Assembly: GCF_009914755.1 (NCBI RefSeq)
Contig: NC_060927.1
Length of the DNA stretch: 64,000 nt
Direction: 5' to 3' (one strand)
Source: the human T2T-CHM13v2.0 reference genome, Homo sapiens
In this document: piece by piece, positions 28,780 to 41,642 of the stretch
Position numbering within the stretch: position 1 is the stretch's first letter
How the letters are laid out: each line of letters starts with the position of its first letter
The notes under the pieces: generated by a model
Seen by the model: the letters and a program-made list of their open reading frames with translations, nothing else
Databases searched by the model: none
Told to the model about the DNA's origin: nothing
Made by a program: the position numbers and the translations under genes

Positions 28780-29830
28780 AATAAACTATTTTATGCATAT
28801 GTTTTATACACATATGCAACTTGACATAAATGCTTTACTGGGGTAATATCATATGTGCTATTTTTATAGTTTAGTCTTTTCTTTTTTGCTTACCTACCCT
28901 TCCTGCTTCCCAGTACATTTACATCATCAAATACACACTTATCCATCCATGAATAATCAACAAGATAATGTTTATTTTATCTATATTATCCATAGTCATA
29001 GCCAAACACACATATTTGTAGGTAAATATATTTAACCATATACATATAGACGTTAGCTGGGGTTGTCGTTATTTTACAAGTAGTATGATATTGCACTTAC
29101 TTCTTTGTACTTGTTTTTCATCTCTCAACTATACTTCAAGAACAACCACCTAAATCCATCTTCATAGCTCTATTTCATTCTTTTTAATGCCTGCATGTTA
29201 TTCTAGGTATGAATGTACCATGAACTTCTCAACTTTTTAAAAAATACGAGCATTCCTTTGGTTTCCTTTTTCTCCTAACTGAACAATGCTGCATTTAGTA
29301 TCTTTGTGCATATTTCCTTAAGTTCTGGTTGCTTTAGTGCCATGTGATAGATTCCTAGGGATGAGATTGCTGATTAGAAGAGTGTATTTTTTATTTAAAA
29401 ATTGTTTTACGATGTTGCCAGGTTACAAGCTTGCTGACTGCCACACAAGCCTTTCTTAGTTATGCCTTTTCTCCTATTCTTGACAGAAACAGGTATTATT
29501 ACTTTAAAAATATTTTTAAGTCTGATGAGTGTAAAGTGATATCTTTCATTGCATTTCCCTAACTATTAGTTAATTTGATCATCTTGTTATATGTATTGAT
29601 CATTTGAAGGTTCTCTCCTAGAAAATTCCCATTTGTATATTATCCCCAGTTGTAAATTGTGTTTTGGGTCTGTTTATGGGCAATTTGTGAGAACTTTTTG
29701 TATAGTATATCCATTTACTCTTTGTCAAATGTGTTGTAAATATTTGTCCAAACCTGTATTTTTCTATCAATATAATCCTTTTGGGGGGCATATTAATTTT
29801 TCCATCAAGAAATATATTTTCTTCAGTTTT
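28780..29830 (-). mobile_element. Old L1M fragment (ORF2 end / 3' UTR)
   Basis: 'aacaatgctgca', 'tagattcctagggatgagattgctg' and 'ttgcatttccctaac' L1 antisense hallmarks. Confidence 0.65.
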
Positions 29831-31719
29831 AACTATAGCTAGAAATTCAGCTGCCCTAGAATTGTGTGAAGACTACCTCACAAATAGTATTTCACAAGAG
29901 AAGACTGAGATAATGGCAAATATAATAAACCTCTTCCTTGCAGAAAAAGTTAGGAAGTACAGTAAATAATCTTGCTAAATCAGGAAACAATTGCAATAAC
30001 ACAAATTGTCCCATAAAGATCTAAATTATCTTACATTTTCATAGCTTGTTAAATTTGGAGGGTATTTGATCTTCACATAAATTCTCATTTCACAGGGTAG
30101 GAAACGATTATAGATGAGACCAAGGAGTTTCTCTTTTCAAACAGAGAAAAGAACGATAAAAATCGAATTCATTCTGTGTTATTAACGGAGATGTAAACTG
30201 ACACAAATCAGGTGAGGATTTAGAGCCTGACTTCAAATACCCTATTGAGACTTTTCTAAATAAAGCCAGAAGTCTTAGCAGCTCTGTAAACAAGGTGATT
30301 CAGAAAACTCAGTCTCTAAAGGGAGCTTAGCTCATTCTATCCTATCATGTGAAACATGGAAAACATCTGGGATTTAATCCATTATTACAACAATCTGTAT
30401 TATGCTCCATGCTTATGTGTTTCTGAGTGAGGAGCATATTAGGTTTTGTAAAAGACTGTCTAATTTATGTGGGCTCAGACTGGGCACTAAAAAAAAGAAA
30501 AAAAAAGAAAAAAATAACCTGCCATAGATTTTAATACCAAATTGCAGAGAGCCAAAATATATTTATTTGACCAAATTTGTATTAGTGATATTTTAATTTT
30601 TTAAATAAAATGCCACAAACATATGTAAACTGGAAAATGATATATATAGGTCTTTCTTATTTCAACAATTTAATATAAAATAAAAATGGTTTAATCTCAC
30701 ATATCTAAATGCTTCAGAGTCCTCAGATCTTTGATTCAAGCTCAAGTATGATACAACCGTTCTTCAATTTGGAAAATATTTTTATTATTTTATAAGAAAG
30801 TGTCATGAGTTTAATCTAAATTTTTCAATAAGAACAAAAGGCAACTAAATAATAATGACATCTTAATGCTCCTTAAAAGGCTACTTTTGGCTTCCGTTGG
30901 CTACTAAGGTGATATTAAAGAATAAATAAATTTCTTAATATCCAGTAGACATCTGTTGGACAAATAAGTGAAGGGAATTCACACAATAGTGATTTGAACT
31001 TACAAATGAGCCATGTGAAGAAATGCTCTAGCAGCTTCTGCTGACCACTGCTTTTATCCCAAGCAATATCTTCATTGACTATTTATACAGGACGTCTTAT
31101 GTTTGTCCCCCCGCCCAAGAGGTGTGACAATTTCAGTTATGAAGACAGAGTGATATTTGGAATAGCCTTTTCAATTTGGAAGCAATGTTATTTGAATAGT
31201 AAGAGTTTAGAAAGGTCATCCTACAAATTTATTTTTTGCCGTTGAACTGACTAAAAAAACCCCTGGCTGGGAAATTAAATCCTGAATATCTTACCAGTAG
31301 ATTTCTATGGTCCTCAAACGTAATGTTTAGAGACCACTGATGCTAGCTACATTGATGGTCAAATTTAGTCAGACACATCAGATTATATTTTCACAGTTTC
31401 ATATTCAAAATAGGCAAGCCAAATTTGTTTTTAGTTATTAGTGAAGAATATTTATTTTATGGTAAGCATTTGGTAAAGTTTGGAAATAAGATGGAAAGGA
31501 GACTCAAACTGCAGATAAATCTTTTTGGTCAAGCTAATGGAAACTATATGTGTTTCACAAAGTACTGAAAAAATGTCCAAACAGCTGGGCATACTAATAT
31601 GAATGAAATGGTTCCAGTTCTACAGTGGGACCCAAACCCATACCAAACAAAATGAAATAGAAACTTGGTATGAACTATCTAATTTATTGTTTTTGTTTTG
31701 TTTTGTTTTGTTTTTTGCC

Positions 31720-31895
31720 GAAGTTCAAAGTCTTGCTATATAAATCAGAGCTACCCGGATTTATGTTAAAAAATGACATCCCTGGGCTCCACCCAAGATA
31801 TACTGAAGTTAAACCTCTGGGAGGGGCCCAGGAAGCTGCACTTCCAAAAGCAGCCCCATGGGACTATTTATGCAGTCAAATTTGAACATCACTAA
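31720..31895. mobile_element. MER5-like hAT MITE
   Basis: 'cctgggctccacccaagatatactgaa...ggggcccaggaagctgca...aatttgaacatcact'. Confidence 0.6.
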
Positions 31896-32361
31896 TTTAG
31901 ACCAAGCAGAATATCTAGTTGCCTTCACCAACTGTTTAATCTGAATCATGCTATAAGAATTTGAATAAAAGAAATGTGAAATGCATACTAGAATTAGTTA
32001 AAAATTGAGCATCTCATATTGATCTTAGGTAAAATTTTGCTTAGTATTTTTGTAAATGTGGTGTCTAGAATACATTAAAGTAACTTCACAAAATATGTCA
32101 GAGGTTTTAAATATATTTAAAAATTGAAAACTTAGCTCGTGAACACTTTCTATTATTGTGTTAATGTTTAAGCATAAGAGAGTAACTTTTTTTCTTATAA
32201 CATATAGCAGGAATGTGTAATCTTTCTGACTGAAAGAGAAATAATGTATTAAAAATAGCATACAGAATGGCAAAATCATAATGAATTACTCTGCATCAAA
32301 TTGCTACTTCTGAAAATAGCTAAGTGTAAATGGATTGATGAGCGGGGATTTTAAAAAGTTT

Positions 32362-32968
<607 letters not shown>

Positions 32969-33673
32969 GGTGAGTCTTAATTTATTTCTCAAAAAGGTAT
33001 GCCTTTCTTTCTTATCTTTTCAAAATAGAAATTTTTACAAATGTGATATATCATTATTAGACATGAAATATCTAGGCATTAGAACATCCATTTTTACCAT
33101 GTTTATCTTTTAGAAGTCTCCTGCTATTGTTATTAATTCAAACTTTTTCAATACTACCTCAATCAAGTGACACAAAAAAGTACCCAGTTTTCCACTGGAA
33201 TAGTACTCTTTAATGTATTCATTGTTCTCAGGTTGTTCTGTGCTTCAACCTTGAGTAATTAACACAACCTCTCTGTATTAATTGCTGATCCCTCCCTTGA
33301 TGGCAGTCTATGACATTGTTAATTAATTGCTTCAGCAACCTTATTTCCATTCATACCAGGCCTTATATTCCCTTCGCCACTTCCTTCTTTATTATTATTT
33401 TTTTTGCTATAAATGTACACAAAACCTAATCCCTGAAGTAGTGAAAAAAAAGTTTTAAAAGTTTTCATTATTTTTTTTTTATTTTTACGAAAAATATATA
33501 AGGTCATTGACATTATACAAGGTCAAAAGCACACCCTAATCTGTGGAAGAGAAACATACCTATTGCTTTTAAAAGTGTCAAAGTTAGAGGAAGTTGAGGT
33601 GAGGGCTTCTGGGAAGGAGAATATAGAAAGTGGAAACAAACTCTCCAATCCCATCTTTTGGTACCATTTCTTG

Positions 33674-35991
33674 TGAATTAGTCCGTTTTGACACTGCTGG
33701 GCAGTGGCATACCCAAGACTGGGAAGAAAAAGAGGTTTAATTGGACCTACAGTTCCACATGGCTGGGGAGGCCTCAAAATCATGGCAGGAGGTGAAAGGC
33801 ACTTCTTACATTTTGGCAGCAAGAGAAAATGAGGAAGAAGCAAAAGCGGAAACCCCTGATAAACCCTTCAGATCTTGTGAGACTTATTCACTATCATGAG
33901 ACTAGCATGGGAAAGACAGGCCCTCAAGATTCACTTACCTCCCCTTGGGTCCCTCCCACAACATGTGGGAATTCTGGGAGATACAATTAAAGATGAGATT
34001 TGGGTGGGGACACAGCCAAACCATACGATTCCACCCCTTACCCCTAAAAATCTCATGTCCTTACATTTCAAAATCAATCAGATCAAATCAATCATGCCTT
34101 CCCAACAATACCCCAAAGTCTTAACTCATTTCGGCATTAACCCAAAAGTCCACAGTCCAAAGTCTCATCTGAGACAAGGCAAGTCCTTTCTGCCTATGAG
34201 CCTGTAAAATAGAAAGCAAGCTAGTTACTTCCTAGATACAATGAGGGTACAGGTATTGGGTAAATACAGCTGTTCCAAATGGGAGAAACTGGCCAAAACG
34301 AACGGGTAACAGGACCCATGCAAGTCCAAAATCCAGTGGGGCAGTCAAATTTTAAAGCTCCAAAATGATCTCCTTTGACTCCAGGTCTCACATCCAGGTC
34401 ATGCTGATGCAAGAGGTGGGTTCCCGTGGTTTTGGGCAGCTCCACCCCTGTGGCTTTGCAGGGTACAGCCTCCCTCCTGGCTGCTTTCACAGGCTGGCAT
34501 TGCATGTCTGCGGCTTTTCCAGGCACACAGTGCAAGCTGTCAGTGGATCTACCATTCTGGAGTCTGGAGGACAGTAGTCCTCTTCTCGCAGCTCGATTAG
34601 GCAGTGCCCCAGTAGGGACTCCTAGTGTGGGAGTTCCTAGTGTGGGAGCTCCCACCCCACATTTCCCTTCCACACTGCCCTAGCAGAAGTTCTCCATGAG
34701 GGCCCTGCCCCTGCAGCAAACTTTTGCCTGGGCATCCAGGCATTTCCATACATCTTTTCAAATCTAGGCAGAGGTTCCCAAACCTCAATTCTTGACTTTT
34801 GTGCACCTGCAGGCTAAATACCACATGGAAGCTGCCAAGGTTTGTGGCTTGTACTCTCTGAAGCCACAGCCCTAGCTGTACATTGACCTCTTCCAGCCGT
34901 GGCCGGAGTGGTTGGGACACAGGCACCAAGTCCCTAGGCTTCACACAGTGCAGGGACCCTGGGCCTGGCCCATGAGGCCACCTTTTCTTCCTGGGCCTCT
35001 GGGCCTGTGATGGGAGGGACTGCCATGAAGGTCTCTGACATGGCCTGGAGACTTTTTCCTCATGGTCTTGGGGATTAACATTAGGCTCCTTGCTACTTAT
35101 TCAAATTTCTGCAGCTGGCTCAAATTTCTCCCCAGAAAATGCCTTTTTCTTTTCTATCACATAGGCAGCAAATTTTCCAAACTTTTATGCTTGGCTTCCC
35201 TTATAAAACTTGATGACTTTAACAGAACCCAAGTTACCTATTGAATGCTTTGCTGCTTAGAAATTTCTTCCACCAGATACCCTAAATCATCTTTCTCAAG
35301 TTCGAAATTCCACAAATCTCTAGGGCAGGGGCAAATGCTGCCAGTCTCTTTGCTAAAACATAACAAGACTCATCTTTACTCCAGTTCCCAACAAGTGCCT
35401 CATCTCTTCTCCATCTGAGACCACCTCAGCCTGGACCTTACTGTCCATATTGCTATCGGCATTTTGGGCGAAGCCATTCAACAAGTCTCTAGGAAGACCC
35501 AAATTTTCCCACATTTTCCTGTCTTCTTCTGAGCCCTCCAAGCTGTTCCAACCTCTGCCTGCTTCCAAGTTCCAAAGCTGCTTCCACATTTTTGGGTATC
35601 TTTTCAGAAACACCCCACTCCTGGTACCAACTTACTGTATTAGTTCGTTTTGATGCTGCTGATAAAGACATACCCAAGACTGGGAAGAAAATGAGATTTA
35701 ATTGGACTTACAGTTCCACATGGCTGGGGAGGCCTCAGAATCATGGCAGGAGGCAAAAGGAACTCCTTACATGGTGGCAGCAAGAGAAAATGAGGAAGAA
35801 GCAAAAGCAGAAACCCCTGATAAACCCATCAGATCTCATGAGACTTATTCACTATCATGAGACTAGCATGGGAAAGACTGGCTCCTGTGATTCAATTACC
35901 TCCCCACTGGGCCCCTCCCACAACACATGGGAATTCTGGGAGATACAATTCACGAAGAGAATATGGGTGGGGAGACAGCCAAACCATATCA
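33674..35991 (-). mobile_element. Full-length THE1C-like MaLR (5' LTR 35636-35991, internal 34029-35635, 3' LTR 33674-34028)
   Basis: Two ~355-bp LTRs matching THE1C as recalled, a ~1.6-kb THE1-int, and a perfect 5-bp TSD TCTTG at 33669-33673 and 35992-35996. Confidence 0.94.
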
Positions 35992-36661
35992 TCTTGCTTT
36001 TTCATTCAGCTCAAACAGTTCATTTTAGAATAAAATGTTTTGATTAATATGTTTGCATACTTCAGATTAACCAAATAATTGCTAAGGTTTAACCTCATTT
36101 CATTGTGTATAAACATAGTGTTGATGAATAAATGAAGATTTTACTCATCATTGCTATTTCTAATTGGTTAAAGGCCAGTTTTAAAACAACTTATTTTTCC
36201 CACTCATTGGAGTTTGACCTTCATGTGTTATGCTCTCTTCTTCCTAATATTCTTGGTTACAAAATTGAGAGAGTCTGCATTTCTTTATGGATTCATTCAC
36301 TAAACAGATAATTAATAACTACTATACAAGGGTTGCTTGTAGGGGTTGTTTTCAGATCACATTCCTTAACTTTTCTTATATTTTTCAATATTTGGTTCTA
36401 TCTTGTTACACGTCCTCATAAGGCACAATAGAGTAATTAATTACTTTATCCCAACCAGGAATTAACAGAGGTATGCCTATCTACTCTCTTATCACTTATT
36501 AGATTATATTCAGACTTCCTCCAAAAAGCATGTGAAGCAGTTTTACAAATGTAAGCAATAAAACAAGCAAACAAAAATTTAAAAAATAAAAACAGAGGAA
36601 AGTCAGTAAAAATGATCAAGGAAGCAGAAGTTTGTAGGAACTCAGCATGAGTTACTTAAAA

Positions 36662-36820
36662 AATTTTTTTCTTTTCTTTTTTTTTTTGTTTTTAGAAACA
36701 AGGTGACAGGGTCTCACTATGTTGTCCAGCCTGGACAGGAACTCTTGGGTTCAAGCAATCTTCCTGCCTCAGCCTCCTGAGTAGCTGGAACTATAGGCAC
36801 CTGTAGTTCCATGCCTAGCT
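36662..36820 (-). mobile_element. Free Alu monomer (FLAM/FRAM-like)
   Basis: Poly-T followed by a single diverged Alu arm. Confidence 0.75.
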
Positions 36821-37039
36821 CTATTTTTCTTTTCAACACTTGTCATTCTGCTATATAGTTGTTTTTTTCCTCTGTCTCATCACCAGGATGTAACTTCAAG
36901 GGCTTAATTTAGTTCACCTCTATGTGTCTGGCCTATAGAAAGTGCTCAATAAATGCTTGTTTATGGCTGTGGTTCTCCATATTGGGTGATTCTTCCCTCT
37001 CCTCCACCTGCCAGAAACATTTGGTAGTGTGTAAAGACT

Positions 37040-37343
37040 TTTATTTATTTATTTATTTATTTGAGACAGAGTCTCACTCTGTTGCACAGGTTGAAGTGCA
37101 GTGGCGCGATCTCGACACACTGCAAGCTCCGCCTCTAGGGTTCATGCCATTCTCCTGCCTCAGCCTCCCGAATAGCTGGGACTACAGGCGCTCGCCACCA
37201 CGTCTGGCTACTTTTTTTTGTATTTTTAGTAGAGACGGGGTTTCACCATGTTAGCCAGGATGGTCTCAATCTCCTGACCGTGTGATCTGTCTGCCACGGC
37301 CTCCCAAAGTGATGGGATTACAGGCGTGAGCCACTGCACCCGG

Positions 37344-37345
<2 letters not shown>
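37040..37345 (-). mobile_element. AluY-like with (TTTA)n tail
   Basis: 'gcaagctccgcc' and 'tgttagccaggatggtctc'. Confidence 0.92.
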
Positions 37346-37347
<2 letters not shown>

Positions 37348-37388
<41 letters not shown>

Positions 37389-37473
37389 TAGAGATGGAGG
37401 TCTTACTATGTTGCCTAGGCTGGCCTTGAACTCCTGGGCTCAAGCCATTCTCCTGCCTTGGCCTCCCAAAGTG
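37348..37473 (-). mobile_element. FLAM_C / AluJ left monomer with T40 tract
   Basis: 40 consecutive T (37348-37387), then 'gtagagatgg...ctcctgggctcaagcc...cccaaagtg'. Confidence 0.8.
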
Positions 37474-40400
37474 TGTCTAAAAATAGTTTTGATTATTATA
37501 ACTGGGAGGGTGCTAGTGGCATCTAGTGGGTAGACAACAGGCATGAAGGCACTCTACAATCCAAAGGACAGTCCCCCAAAATAAAGAATTATGTGTCCTG
37601 AAGTCTTAATAGTGCTGAGGTTGAGAAACCCTGGCATACCCTCTACATAAATTACCACTGAGAAAATATAACACGTTTGCCTGGAGAGGCATAATTACAG
37701 GGGTGGTTTATCAAATGACTACACAACTAATGTTTTCTCCTAGTTTTCTTACTTTTAAGGCAAATGAAATGAAAAGGTATCTAAAACTGCTCTTCTTCAG
37801 TAACTTCCTTCTCATCTAGTATCAATCTCATACATTTATCTATAGAAAACTGACATTTCATTAGAAGACTTCAATAATGGCCTCTCTTTTCATCTTTGCC
37901 ATATCCCATTGCCCCAACTGGCTTTTCTTGTATATATTTTGTGGCATTGTTAATAATTTTGTGTAATTTGTTAAAGTATTTTTTAAAAACGTGCTTCTTG
38001 ACATTACTCCTTCTTAATCTCACCTATGAAATGAGTTACATTTATAAAAGAGAACTGGCAAGGGGAAGTGGAAGGCGTGCTGGTCTGTTGAAGACCTGTG
38101 TTCAAATACAGGGTCTTCCACTTATTAGCAGGTTAATTGAGATGTAAGTGTGAGAGTACCTCACACACGGCCCAGATAGCGAAAGTCTACCACCATCCAC
38201 ACCACTTTCCCTTCCTTTCTATCAAAACTCTGTGAATTACATGAAACTGAATACACCTTGAAAAATATCCTTAGTGGTCGTCACCTAAAAGCAAGGTTAG
38301 CTCTCAATTACAGTGTATTATTGAAATCCAAATCATGAGTCTAACAATTTTGTGGCAGATGAAACTTCAGAACCAAGGTTGGATTAGAAGTTCCTTCATA
38401 TCTTTTTGTTGCTAAGAGAAAAGCTTCTAGGCAGTAAACGACGATTTAGCTATTCAGAGCAGGTGGCTTCATTATTTTAAAATGTGTTAAATTACACTAA
38501 TTACCAAAAAGGGCAGTGCAAGCCACTGTATATCGTAAGAAAACAGTAGCATGCTCCTCCAGAAAAGAAGACTGAGAAAATGCATGTGACTTACGGTTAC
38601 TAAGATACTTGATCATTCAGAAGTTGCCAAGCATTTTACTAATGTAACCTTATCCGTCTTCTCCATCTTATACCATTATAGAAAAAATTTAAAAACGTGG
38701 AAAAAAGGAGCATTTTTAGTAGGTCTTTGTGATAATTTGCTTAAGTGATTGTAAATAAAATAGAATCTTTAATTTTGAATAAAAATGAGATATAGTTTGC
38801 TAATGCAGTCTTCTACCCCCATAACTGAAATATGAGGTTCCATTAGACAGTGAGCTATCCCTCACTCCCTCTTTCATCCCTTCCTCCTGCTCCCTTCCCT
38901 TTTTATCCTTTTCAAAGAAAGGACAACAGACCACATTTAAAGGGCTATTTTTTAAACTCAAAAAGACTGAAAAGAGCAAGAGTTTTTCAAAGGCAGAAAG
39001 CAACCAGGCACTGAACTTTGGAAAGAAGAACGACCATGAACACAGCTTCTTAGCACTGACTATCTGAGATGAAGCCATAAAATTCAGTATCCAACTTGGC
39101 AGCTGGTATTCTTATAGAAAGAAAACAATCTTGCCCCTTAATTTGATTTTTTCCTCTTATCATCTCACAGCAATTTGTCTAGTAGAAGGGAAACGTGTGG
39201 CCTAAAATAACTTAATCCTTAAGTGGATTTATATTATCGTAATTCCATCTGCCCCAGGTTTGGTAAATAGCCCATCACACAATAGTGATACAATCTCTAA
39301 TCAGGCTTTTAGAAACTACTCTGAGATGAACAGTGAAGAACAGGGTTCCTAATTTAATTTATTTGTAAATCTTATGATAATAGACAGATATTTTGCCTTA
39401 TGTATATGTTAACGCTGTCTGTCAACCATGATCTATTTAGGGTTATTTGAAGACTAGCATAAAACAATATTGATTTAAGCAGAGTATTTTTGTATTCTTG
39501 CTTTTTTATGGGAAAGAGGCAAATAACCCTCCCTCTTCCCATCAAAGCAAAATGATAACAGATTTTATTTTTTAAAAAAGGAAAGAAACAAACTGGTAGG
39601 TTTTGTTTTGGAGTCAGTGCAATTTAAACCCATTGTCTTCTTTAGAAGAATTATATGATTATAGCACTCAGCAAGGAGAATTGATGTAAAAATATTGACC
39701 CTGGTCTAGGTACTACAAAAAAGAGTTAAACTTAATAAGGCAAGTATGTAAGGTAATAGATAAAGGATTTCAATAACAACAAGAAAATATAAAGGTGAAT
39801 GATACTTATTTTATGAAATATACAAGAGAATAATAAATTCCAGTATATGAAATATATAGCATACTTTTGAAGAATAAGTTAAATTACCTATGATAATCCA
39901 TTTTTAATACCTATATCTTATTAGGTTGTCGACCTAATAGTAAATCTTTTCTAATTTTATATGATCAAACTATTCTTTGGGATGCAGAGTTAATTAAAAA
40001 AATACGTCTCTGAATCACACTGAAAAAAATCAAGTATTCGTAACATGGAGCTTAAAAGAATAAAATTCTATTCACGATTATGTTACAAAGTGATTTTTAA
40101 AAAAATTATTCAGCAGTCTTCCATAAGAAACTGCAATGGTCCTCAGTTGAGCTTTCTGTAGTTTTGGTAGCAGTATTTCTTTCTGGATTGAATTCATTTT
40201 AGGAAAAGTGATCAGTTTTGCTGTCTTGGGTAAATCAGCATTTACGTTTATAAAACTGAACATGCACAGATTATTTTATACAAGTACAAAACTATTAACA
40301 ATTGGTTCTTAATAATATGCCCTAGCAATGTATTACCCATGACACTTTTTGTAATGTTAAAGCATTAAATGCAACACATATAAGTCTTCATGTGTGTGCA

Positions 40401-40614
40401 CACAAGTGTATGTTTAAAATTCTCAATACTTCGTTTTTCTCATACCCAGATTAGGTCTCAGTAAATCAAAATGATGGCAAAGAGTATATTTGGGCAACAG
40501 CAATATACAAGTTTACCATGCTTAAAATTCTTACTTCTCTTACAAAACAAAACAAATTCCTTAAACCAATGTTTTAATCTTTAATTTGTCATTTAAATAC
40601 TTATTTTCTATAAT

Positions 40615-40663
40615 ATTTGGATCACTTGTGACTAAGGGCTCCATAGTCACAAGTGATCCAAAT
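40615..40663. repeat. Perfect 20-bp inverted repeat with 9-nt spacer
   Basis: atttggatcacttgtgacta - agggctcca - tagtcacaagtgatccaaat. Confidence 0.95.
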
Positions 40664-41380
40664 TAGTTGTGACTCTATCTCGTGTCTTCAACTATGGCTT
40701 GGAACTACAAAACATTTCTTTAGAATTGATGGCATTGCCAGAGAGGACTGAAGTTTGTATGTGATATGCTTAGTAGAACGCCTGGTATATGTAAGCATTC
40801 GAGACAATTTAGCTATTGTAATTACTACTCAAACAATAGGGATAAAATGTAATTTGTATTTCATAGTTCCCTGAGGGTATTCACCTCCACTTGTAGAAAG
40901 AATGCAGGAAAAACAACTGGAAGAAAATAATAATGGTTGTATTATGACTGATTTTTAACTTTTTTCTACCTTTCTTTTTGTCCAAATTTTCTACAAGGAA
41001 CACGTGTGACTTTCATAATAAAAAATCAAATTTTAATTTTTTCATTGCCCTTTAAATTTTGTTGAACCTCTTTAGCATGTCTGTTTGTCATATTCCATTG
41101 CAAACTGCAATAACTACAAGTATGGACTGAAGGCATTGAGAAGTCTTGGCACCATTGGGTGGGAAAGGGAGTAATGCATCCATGCTCATGCCCTTGAAGA
41201 GTATGAAAGCAGAATGAAAATTAATGAAATGTGTTTTATGTTTTCTGTGTCATGTCACTAGTTTCTCTTAGAAAATTATTAGCTGAGGAAGGAACTATCC
41301 TGAATTCTGTGCTTCAATTAAGGGACAATGTCTAATGCACATCACCTTAATACCAAGAAGAGATTAAAGAATGCAGACAC

Positions 41381-41642
<262 letters not shown>

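Larger units (their letters stand above)
36966..37633 (+). mobile_element. MER20-like hAT MITE interrupted by Alus
   Basis: 'tgctagtggcatctagtgggtaga...aaagaattat...aatagtgctgaggttgagaaaccctg'. Confidence 0.75.

Noticed and set aside
33523-36047. Cluster of 100-150 aa ORFs
   Set aside because: All lie within or start in the THE1C LTR/internal sequence; typical MaLR-derived open frames.
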